64,000 bases of DNA from Bacteroidaceae bacterium (GTDB lineage Bacteria; Bacteroidota; Bacteroidia; Bacteroidales; Barnesiellaceae_A): the NCBI GenBank assembly GCA_017410245.1, contig JAFQRE010000017.1, positions 67,296 to 131,295 on the forward strand, in the 5' to 3' direction. Under the pieces are notes generated by a model. The model was given only the letters and a program-made list of their open reading frames with translations, was not told the origin of the DNA and did no database searches. Below, piece after piece: positions 39,792-49,800 of the stretch; the first letter of the stretch is position 1; each line of letters begins with the position of its first letter. A program made the position numbers and the translations under genes.

Positions 39792-42700
39792 ATGCGTAGA
39801 AAATTACTACTTGTGCTATCACTTTTAGTAGCGATAGCTGTCAATGCCGAGCAATTGACTAATACAAATCTACAAGCCGACGAGTCGGTGGGTGTAACTT
39901 ATAATGTTGAAGTGCCTGCGGGAACTTATGAGTGCTATATTGCAGGCGACATGAATAGTTGGTCGATGCAAGCGATGACCAAAGTAGATGATACGCACTA
40001 TACCATCTATATGGAAGAGGCCGATTTGTCTCAAAAATATAAGTATTGCAGTGGCCCGTCATGGACCTATGTAGAGAAAGATGCCAATGGGGCAGAAGTG
40101 GAAAATCGCTCGTGGAGTGAATATGATGTAGTGGCACGTTGGAATGAGTTGTATGTGCCAAGTACCGAACCGGAAGTTACCGTTAAACCCGAAGGCGACA
40201 TTGTCGTTTATTTGGAGAAATCTACGGCATATTTTGCTCCTTATCTGTATGTATGGGGTGGTGCCGATTTGGGCGTATGGCCGGGTATGCTCATGACCGA
40301 AACAGAGACTGTATATGGTGTGGAGTATTGGAAACATACATTTGTGGCTCCCGAAGCAGCTATCAATATCATATTTAATGATGCTGCCGGTAACCAGACG
40401 GTAGATATTACAGATGTCGTGAAGACTACATATTATCGTCTCGACAATCTTACAGGACAGACTACAGTAACTGAATTGACTCCAACCGAAGCTACTTCAC
40501 TCACTTATAACGTTGAGGTGCCTGCGGGTACTCCGGTATGTTATATTGCCGGAACTTTTACCTCTTGGAATATAGAGTTGATGACACGTGTCGATGATAC
40601 ACATTATACCATGACTGTTGAGAATGGCGATGTGAATGACGAATATAAATATCTCTGTGGAAATGCTTGGGAATATGTTGAGGTATATGCCGATGGCAGT
40701 ATGAAGGAAAATCGCACTTGGAGCGAGTATGATGTGGTGGAGGCTTGGAACAATACGGTTATGAGGTCGGTAACCTATACGGCTTACTATAGCGATACCA
40801 ATTGGGGCGATGCTACTGTTTATGCTTACTCGTGGGATATTAACTTTACCGAATTCTTGGGTGCATGGCCCGGCACTCCTATGGAGCGTACCGATGATGG
40901 CTCATGGAAAATATCGTTTGAAGCTCCCGAGGTTGTCAATGACCACATGATTGTCTTTAATAATGGCTCGGGTGGCGGAACCAATCAAACCGATGATTTA
41001 CCTTTTATCAATAATGGTGTTTATCAATATAATGGTTATGTGGGCTCAAGCCAAAACTTAGGTATTGTAGGAGTATATAATGCACATGCAACAAGTGGTT
41101 TTGCCGATTTCCCCGATGAGGAGTGGGTTGTAACCATCTCAAGTGATAATAGAGATGCAAACAAGGTGTGGATAGATCCTGTTTGTCTCATTCCTAACCT
41201 ATCAGACGAAACTATCAATCCCATTTATGGTATATATAATGCCGATGCAGGAACAATAGAAATACCATTAGGTCAGGTATTGTATGAAAGTGAAAATAAT
41301 AGGCTTGTATTGGCATTGGCCGATATGCTCAATGGTGCTACTCCTATAACCGAGGGTGTATGCGTAGCACAGGTTGTGGTAGATGGATTGTCATCGACCA
41401 TAACAATATCCGATATGTTGGGTGTGGGTGATATAGTTACCGACCAGTGGTGGTATCAAGCGCTGTACGATATAACTTATAGCAAAACATCAAATGAGGT
41501 GCCCGAAGATATTGTCATAACAGTGACAGTAGATAAGCCCGGAACTATGGGTAATGAAATATTGAAACAGGAAAAAGACTTGAGTATCATTAATGAACTC
41601 ATTGTTATAGGCTCTATTAACGAGAACGATATGAAATTGTTCCCTCGAATGGTGGGTCTCAAGAAGTTGGATCTTAGCCAAACCGATATTGCCACTATCT
41701 CTTATTGTAATAATTTGTCGGCGTTGCATACCGTATTGCTCCCCGAAACAGTGAAGACGCTCGACAATGAGGCTTTTTATGAGTGTAGTTCTCTCATAGT
41801 GGTGGATATGCCCGGGGTTGAGCAAATAGGTGATTATGCATTCTATGGTTGTGAACAACTGCGTGACATAGATTTGAGTCGTGTAAAGAGAGTGGGAGAA
41901 TATGCTTTCTATGAATGCACATCGCTTATTGGTGCCAATCTGATATCGGCTGAGACTTTGGGCTATTATAGCTTTAGTTATTGTTCTCAATTGCAGTCGG
42001 TAACTTTCAACGATAATCTTCAAGTTATACCCGATGGCTGTTTCTACAATTGTCCAAGTTTGACTACAGTAGATATGCCTGCATCTCTTGTGACGGTAGA
42101 AGATAGTGCGTTCTACTATTGTGCAATCAGAGAGGTCATTCTGCCTGCAGGTGTTACAACAATTGGTAGTTCGGCTTTTTATAGATGTCCTATCGTGACA
42201 TTGAGTTTGCCCTCAACATTGGAGACGATAGAAGACTATGCATTCTATAGCAATACTCTTGTTACGGTCTATAGCCGAATGGTATCACCCATTACAACAA
42301 ATGCATTCTACAACGTGCAATCGGCAACATTGTATGTGCCGGCATTGAGTCTTGTGGCATATATGATACACGATAGTTGGAGTAAGTTTACTCAAATATT
42401 GCCCTTAGAAGAAGAGTTGGATTTGTTGGATATAACTGCAGATTTTACATTGACCGATTTGTCATATCTGGCCGATACAATAGGCCTCAATCTACGCAAT
42501 CAAGCGCATCTCGACATCGATGCCGATAGTGTGTTGCATATAGGACAATTGGAGCAGTGGGTAGATGTAAGTGAAAAGAAAGAACACTATAACTATGAGA
42601 CCGGTATGTATGAGTATGATTATCTTCGCATGCCCACTATGATAGTGAACAGCGATGTGAAAGTGGAAAATGCTTCTACTCGTCTTGTGGTTAAGACCGA

Positions 42701-43835
42701 TGAGTGGAACTTTATAAGCCTGCCTTATGATGTGAATGTTGCCGATATTATTTATCCCGAAGGTGTGTTATGGGTAATACGTAAATACTCGGGAGCCGAT
42801 CGTGCTGCCTTGACAGGTAATACATGGCACAACATGACCGATGGTATGACACTTAAGGCCGGTGAGGGATATATATTGCATTGCAATATAAGTGGCTATA
42901 GTAGGGTGGAGTTTATATTCCCATCATGTAATGAAAGCGTACAGAACATTGTAGCTAAAGACGATGTTGTGGTTCCTCTCCATACCTATAATTCTGAGTT
43001 TACTCACAATCGCAGTTGGAATCTTGTAGGTAATCCCTATCCTGCATTCTTCGATATCGCTGCATTGGAACATAACGGTATCATTACAGTGTGGGAAGAT
43101 TGGGCTTATAAAGCCTACTCGGTGCTCGATGACGAATATCTGTTACACCCTTATGAGTCGTTCTTTGTGCAATGTCCCGATGATGCTACAAGTATGACGT
43201 TTGGAGCCGAAGGTCGTGCCCACTCGTATAATACCGATAATACCAATCGCGAGTACATCGCACGTCGCCATACCCCGGTGGCAACCCAACGCGAAGTTTA
43301 TAACTTTACTTTGGGTCGTGATGGCATCTTCGACAAGACTCGTTTGGTAATTAATGAGGAGGCTAAGATGGAGTATGAGATAGCTTGTGATGCAGGTAAG
43401 TTTATGAGCGATAATGCTCCACAACAACTCTATATTATCAACAACGGTGTGCGTTATGCAATAGATGAGCGTCCGCAAGAAGAGGGATTTGTCAGTCTGG
43501 GTATGACATTTGCTGAGGCCGGTGAGTACACACTTGGCTTGAGAACAGCAGTTCATACACAAGAGGTATTGCTTATAGACAATATGACCGGAAAGCAAGT
43601 AAATCTTGTAGATGGCGATTATACCTTTACGACATCTGCCGGAACATTCGATAGCCGTTTTACAATAGCTGTCGATGGCGTTCTTACCTCGATAACCAAT
43701 CTTGAGCGCGACTTGACCAATGGGGATTATACGATTTATGACCTGAGTGGTCGCAAGTTGTCGAAGGTAGAGCATAGTGGTATCTATATAGTGCAAAAAG
43801 GCGAAGTTTCTCGCAAAGTATTTGTGACAAAGTAA
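39792..43835 (+). CDS. T9SS-sorted surface protein: (CBM20-like + CBM25/26-like) x2, BspA-type leucine-rich repeats, type A C-terminal sorting domain
   Basis: 1347 aa with signal peptide MRRKLLLVLSLLVAIAVNA. Duplicated N-terminal modules are described in the repeat feature. LRR block at about 41600-42410 (FYECSSL, FYGCEQL, FYECTSL, FSYCSQL, FYNCPSL, FYYC, FYRC). C-terminus is DYTIYDLSGRKLSKVEHSGIYIVQKGEVSRKVFVTK. Confidence 0.8.
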   Translation: MRRKLLLVLSLLVAIAVNAEQLTNTNLQADESVGVTYNVEVPAGTYECYIAGDMNSWSMQAMTKVDDTHYTIYMEEADLSQKYKYCSGPSWTYVEKDANGAEVENRSWSEYDVVARWNELYVPSTEPEVTVKPEGDIVVYLEKSTAYFAPYLYVWGGADLGVWPGMLMTETETVYGVEYWKHTFVAPEAAINIIFNDAAGNQTVDITDVVKTTYYRLDNLTGQTTVTELTPTEATSLTYNVEVPAGTPVCYIAGTFTSWNIELMTRVDDTHYTMTVENGDVNDEYKYLCGNAWEYVEVYADGSMKENRTWSEYDVVEAWNNTVMRSVTYTAYYSDTNWGDATVYAYSWDINFTEFLGAWPGTPMERTDDGSWKISFEAPEVVNDHMIVFNNGSGGGTNQTDDLPFINNGVYQYNGYVGSSQNLGIVGVYNAHATSGFADFPDEEWVVTISSDNRDANKVWIDPVCLIPNLSDETINPIYGIYNADAGTIEIPLGQVLYESENNRLVLALADMLNGATPITEGVCVAQVVVDGLSSTITISDMLGVGDIVTDQWWYQALYDITYSKTSNEVPEDIVITVTVDKPGTMGNEILKQEKDLSIINELIVIGSINENDMKLFPRMVGLKKLDLSQTDIATISYCNNLSALHTVLLPETVKTLDNEAFYECSSLIVVDMPGVEQIGDYAFYGCEQLRDIDLSRVKRVGEYAFYECTSLIGANLISAETLGYYSFSYCSQLQSVTFNDNLQVIPDGCFYNCPSLTTVDMPASLVTVEDSAFYYCAIREVILPAGVTTIGSSAFYRCPIVTLSLPSTLETIEDYAFYSNTLVTVYSRMVSPITTNAFYNVQSATLYVPALSLVAYMIHDSWSKFTQILPLEEELDLLDITADFTLTDLSYLADTIGLNLRNQAHLDIDADSVLHIGQLEQWVDVSEKKEHYNYETGMYEYDYLRMPTMIVNSDVKVENASTRLVVKTDEWNFISLPYDVNVADIIYPEGVLWVIRKYSGADRAALTGNTWHNMTDGMTLKAGEGYILHCNISGYSRVEFIFPSCNESVQNIVAKDDVVVPLHTYNSEFTHNRSWNLVGNPYPAFFDIAALEHNGIITVWEDWAYKAYSVLDDEYLLHPYESFFVQCPDDATSMTFGAEGRAHSYNTDNTNREYIARRHTPVATQREVYNFTLGRDGIFDKTRLVINEEAKMEYEIACDAGKFMSDNAPQQLYIINNGVRYAIDERPQEEGFVSLGMTFAEAGEYTLGLRTAVHTQEVLLIDNMTGKQVNLVDGDYTFTTSAGTFDSRFTIAVDGVLTSITNLERDLTNGDYTIYDLSGRKLSKVEHSGIYIVQKGEVSRKVFVTK
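39885..41010 (+). repeat. intragenic tandem duplication of a two-module unit (X1-Y1-X2-Y2)
   Basis: X modules: VTYNVEVPAGTYECYIAGDMNSWSMQAMTKVDDTHYT...YKY...ENRSWSEYDVV versus LTYNVEVPAGTPVCYIAGTFTSWNIELMTRVDDTHYT...YKY...ENRTWSEYDVV. Y modules: YLYVWGG..GVWPGMLM...IIFNDAAGNQTVDI versus VYAYSW..GAWPGTPM...IVFNNGSGGGTNQTDDL. The DNA string acttataaYgttgaRgtgcctgcgggWact occurs at about 39897 and about 40503. Confidence 0.7.
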
Positions 43836-43856
43836 CTTAACAGAAAGGATACTCTT

Positions 43857-46800
43857 ATGAAAAAGATATTTTGTTTGATAATACTATGCTTCACGGTACT
43901 ATCCGTCAGGTCGCAGAGTGGCGAGGGTTACGACCCCATCAACCCCTCCGATCCACAGACAATGTATCGACTGGAGTTAAAGGCCTCTCCTCAAGAGGGT
44001 GGCTATGTAACACCCTCGGGGCACTCATTCTATCGGCCGGGCGATTGGGCGTATTGTGTGGCTACGCCCAAGCGGGGTTATGAGTTTAAGTGTTGGATGA
44101 TAGGCGACTCTATCATATCGTACTATAAAGAGTTTAATTATACGATTCCCACCTCTAATGAGGTTCTTACAGCCTATTTCGATAGGAGCAATACGTACAA
44201 TCCCGAAAACCCGGGAGACCCTTCGGTAGATGCTACTCAACATCGTGTCCGCGCCTATTCTAAGCCTTCGGCCGGTGGTACTTTCAACAAATCGGATTTC
44301 TATGTGGAAGAGGGAGGTGCGTATTATATATATGCCTATCCGGCGGTCAATTATCGATTTGATTGTTGGCTGTGTAATGGTGAGGTTGTGTCGCGTGAAA
44401 ATAAACTTACAGCCAAGATGGGCGATGCCGACATTGAGTTTGTGGCTCAGTTTGTATATGATCCTGTATCACCGTCCGATCCCGGAGCCAATTATTTCAA
44501 TGCCGAGACCGGAGAGGTAATTGTTGATAATTTTCAAGCGGGTGATCTTGCTTCGGTGATAAGGAACTTGGTGGGATATGACCGCTATGACAAAGTGACC
44601 TCGATAATCGTTGCAGGAAAAATGGAAAGTTACGACATCGGTTTCCACTATAGTTTTGATAATTGTATATTATTAGATCTGAGTAGAACTACCGGTTGTG
44701 AAGAGTTACCCTTTTATGCATATTCATATATGGCTTATCTCGAGAAGGTCATTTTGCCGGCATCAATCAAACTGATTGATGAGTATGCATTTTATGATTG
44801 TTCGAACCTCAATGAGTTGCATTGTTATGCAATGACACCCCCACTGCTTAAGCCCGAGGCATTGTATGGAGTAGATACAGATGCACTTGTTGTACAAGTG
44901 CCTGCCGAGGCTTTGGCTTTGTATCAGAGAGCCGATGTATGGAAAAACTTGACGATTTTACCCTTCGACGGCGAAACCCGTTCGTTGACAGTAAATCTTC
45001 CGGCCGAGGCCAATGGTGGTCGCTATCGCAATATGTATCTCGAACTGAGCAATATGGTGAGTGGTCAGGTATATAGGTATGTTGTTACCGACCGTCTATC
45101 CTATTCGTTCAACAATATTATTAATAATACCGCATGGAGCATAAAGCTACATAATGAGCGAGGCGATGTCTTTGGCAGCCTATATAATATAGAGATTGGC
45201 GAAGAAGATGTTGTGCTAAACTTTGACAACCTTCTTACTCCTTGCAATGTGGCTCTCAAGGTTGTTACTCCCACCGGTGAAGATGTTACTGATAGAGTGC
45301 AAGTTGCATGGAGTGATAAGATAGATAACTACCTGAGTGGAGATGCGCAGTTGAGAGGCTTACCAGCGGGTATGGAGTTGAAGTGTAGTGTTACACTCAA
45401 CAAGGAGTTGGCTATGCAGTATCTTGCACCCGATGCGATACAATGTACTGTGAGTTATGATAGTCCGACGGTAGTATGCACCCTCAATCCCATACCACAA
45501 GTCCTTGTATCGGGTGTTGTGCGAGATAGCCTGAACAATAGTTTCATTTCGGGGGCTACTATAACGTTCTCACAGAGTTTTGCCGGCAAGTATAGCAAGA
45601 CTGTAATTGTGAATAGTGATGCCCAAGGTCGTTACAGAGCCGTCATGTATAATGTCCCCACCACGATGACTGTAGCTATGCAAGACTATATCAGTCGCAC
45701 AATGGCATGTGAGTTTACAAGTGGCGTGGAGAGTGTGACACTGCCTGTGGTTGTACTGAAACCTATCAAGGGTGCAGTAGTGTTGTTGAACTTTACCTAT
45801 ACGGCAAGTACCGTTAAGGGAGAGACCGAACAAGTACAAGATTGGTATAGCGACTACAACAATATAGATTATGCACTGTATAACGTTACCAAGCAACGTG
45901 CTATTACAGAGTATAACTTGCAGTATCCTCAAATAGTCCTCTTAGATGAAGTTGATGAGGGTGACGAATTGTGCCTTACGGCAACAAGCCGTAACGGTAT
46001 GTTCATGCCGGTAGAGACATATGCCACAGTACAGGAGCAACAAGTGCCGGTAGTGTTTGACATTGTGGAATTGGGTAAAATACAATCTACGTTTGTTTCC
46101 AATGCCAATAAGGCAGTTGTAGGTTCGTTGTATAATGCAAATGGCCGATTGATAAATACCTACAATTATACGCAAGCATCACTTACCATATCAAATCTTG
46201 CCGATGGTACCTATACTCTTGTGTCGATGGGTAGTAGCCCATTTTACAATTCAATATACAATCTATCGCAATTGTCCGAGACCGGTCTGAAAGAAGGTAT
46301 TGACTATGTGGTGAATACGATAGAAGTGAAGAGTGGCGAGGTGAGTGTAATAGAGATAGAGAGTGTACCTATACTCGATGAGAGTAAGTTATACTATACC
46401 GGAGAGAAAACATCTTTTGCTGTAAATAAGACAAATATTACAGCCGGTAACTATCTTACCCTTACTGCCAATATCGATTTCAAAGAAGCCTACAAAAGCA
46501 GTGTGGGTGATGTGCAAGTGTTGATTGACCTACCCGAGCATTGTGCTTTTGTCGAGAACTCGGTGATGGTGGGTAATGCTATTGGAGGATATGAGTTGGA
46601 AGGAAATCGTCTTACAATCCCCCTGCGTCAATATACCGATCGTGTGCGTTTCTGTGTGATACCTACACTCAGCGGAATATATACCCCAAGTGCATTTGTG
46701 CAATTTTCGTTCAATGGTAGTAGTATCTTACAGCCCATAGGCCAAGTGAGTTATACTGTCAAAGATTTGTCTATCTCAGTGCCGGCAGTAATATCTAAAC

Positions 46801-49800
46801 CCGAGATGCACATCAATGGTACAGCTCCGGCCAAGGCACTTGTGGAGATATATAACAATGACCTGAAGATAGCCGAGACGACAACGCTATCGAATGGTGT
46901 GTGGACTGCTGTATGCCAACTTGACGACCCTTACAATCAGTCCACTCATAACATTTATGCCAAGGTGACAACTCCACAAGGATTGGTATTGCAATCCGAG
47001 TCTCAAGAGTGTGTGTATGATATGTATATGGTTGAGCCCAAAACGGTTACAATGACCTTCTATGGTGGTGGCGTAGGTAATGAGATTGTGTTTGACTTGC
47101 AGAAAGCATCGGTCAATAACCGGTCATATACATACGTTTCGGCTACCGATTTTACGTTTGTTATAGACCTTACCAATAACGATCCCGAGATTGTGCAAGG
47201 GGTAGATTTGAGGGTCTATACTAACAAGAACCGTTGGATTACGTTGGAGGCCTCGTATAATGCCAAGAAAAACAGGTGGGTAGCAGTGGAGTATTTCGAC
47301 AATAAAGAGCTGCCTGCCGGTGTGGCGGTAGATATATATGTAGATAAAGATCCCGTTTTAGATGCCGATGTGCTTCATTCGGCTTTGCAACATACCCAAA
47401 GCAAGCAAGCCGAGTTTGAGGCGGATCAAGATGCCTTGGAGGTGTTGTTGGATAAAATGCTGGCAATGGTTGATGACCCAGAGGCCGACAATGACTCTAT
47501 CATCGCATTAATCAACGAGATAGAGATGATGTCGGGTAGCAACAATTTCAATCCTGCAAGCACCATAGATGATGCGCAGACCGATGCGGAGTTGGAAGCC
47601 TTCTTGGCCGAGTGTGATGCTGTAATGAGTGAAATGTCGATTACCTCGCTCGATAATATCATCAATAGCAATATCTACGATATGGAGGCCATGTCGGAGT
47701 TCTTGGACGGTATGGAGATATATACTTGTGATGGTATTGAGGAAGATGAATTGGAAAACTTAGGCTATACGCGTATGGCCAAGACCGATAGCACTGCGGT
47801 ATATTTCTTCATGTCGGATATGAGCTATGAGATGATAGACTTTGCATCGAATATGCACGTTATCGTACCACAAAACTCGGAGCTATATGCACCCCTGCGA
47901 GCTGTCTTGTTGGGTGAGGGTGGAGTTGAAGCTTCGTTGGCTCGTTTGGAGGCGCTTTGTGAACGACTCAGGTCGATGATAATGCTTGTTGTCGATCTTG
48001 TTGCTACTGTAGAGGATATCCTTCAAGACCAAAATAAATTTTTGGACCAAAAAATTGAAGACGCTTTTGAACGGTTGTGGTTCCATCGTACCAATAGAGA
48101 TTTTATTGTAAGCAAAATCCTATATGCTAAGTTGAAAGTGGAAATAAAACTTATGCAGATGACACGCCTTGCCAATAATAAAGTGTTGAAATGGTTGTCG
48201 GAAAATATCAAGTCGTTTAGAGTTGGTAAAGTAATGGGTAAGTGTTTCACTCTATTTTCATTGGTGATGAACATTCGTGACGGAATCCAATCTCTTAAGT
48301 ATGTTGCGAAGTTGCAAGACAAGTGCCTTCCTTGTCCTGATGATGAGCAAAATGCTATAAATATTCAGAAATCCTTAATTCGTCTCGCCGATGTTACACG
48401 TACATTCTATGTGGCACAAGTATTATCTGATATTGCCTCCTTGCTTAGCGTCAAAGTGGGTATTGCCGCTTCTATACCAAGTGGTGGTACGTCGCTGGCG
48501 GCTGTTGGTGTGGCTGTTGGAATTGTTGTTGCCAACTTCATAGCTTGTGAGGCCCATTCAAGGTATTTCGATGCAAAGGTAGCATTGAGTCGTGAACAGA
48601 TAGCAGCTCTCGAGTGCAACAAGGACGACGATGATAGAGACGATGAAGATAACGATGATAAGAATAAACCTCCTTATCCGGTGGTAGAGCCTATCATCGA
48701 CCCGGCGGGTTATGTATATGAAGGTGTGACCTCCAATCGTGTGGAGGGTGTAAAGGCTACAATATACTACAAGGAGATGGTAGAGGATATGTATGGCGTG
48801 CAACAAGAGAAGATTATGTTGTGGGACGCTGAGGCATACGCTCAAGAAAATCCGCTCTTTACCGACAAAGATGGTATGTATCGTTGGGACGTGCCTCAAG
48901 GCTTGTGGCAAGTGAAATTTGAGAAAGAAGGTTACGAGACTACCTATAGTGAGTGGTTGCCGGTACCACCTCCCCAATTAGATGTCAATGTTGCTATCAA
49001 GCAACTTCGTCAGCCCGAGGTGAAGATGGCCAATGCCTATGAAGATGCTGTAGAGGTGACCTTCGATAAATATATGCAGCCCGAGTTGCTTACTACCGAC
49101 AATATTGTTGTCATGCTCGACGACCAGCCTGTAGAGGGAAGTATTGCACTGCTTGATGCGGAGGAGTCGCTCGAAGGTGAGACTTTTGCCTCGAAGGTGC
49201 GTTTTAATGCCGCAGAGCCATTCAATGCTACCGAGGTAACTCTTATGGTCAATAATCGTGTGAAGAGTTATGCCGGTGTTGCTATGCAAAGCAACTTTAT
49301 GCAAACTTTTGGTATAGAGCTTGAGGTACGTAATATAGCGTGCGACTCTATATCTACCATCAATTCAGGAGAGACCGTGTTTGAGACAGTGTATGTACAG
49401 CCGGCCAAGGCGGCTGCCGGTAAGACCTTATTGGTGAAGTCATCGTCTGTGATGTTGCTCACAACCGATGCTGATAGTTATGTCGTTGGTGAAGATGGTC
49501 GTGTAGATATACAAGTAACGGGCGAGTTGCCCGGTACGGCTATGCTCACCTATACCATCGATGGTATGGATATTGATGGACGTACATTGTTTAATATAGT
49601 AGAACTTGCGGCCGATGAATGTGCGGCTCCTATAGCCTCTATAGCCTCGGGCTCAGAGGTAGAGCGTGGTACAGAGCTGTATTTGACTTGTTCTACGCCC
49701 AATGCTACCATCTACTATACGCTCGATGGCTCGTGCCCTTGCGATGTTGCAACGCGCATACTATATGATGGCACACCTATCATTATTAGTGACAATGTGG

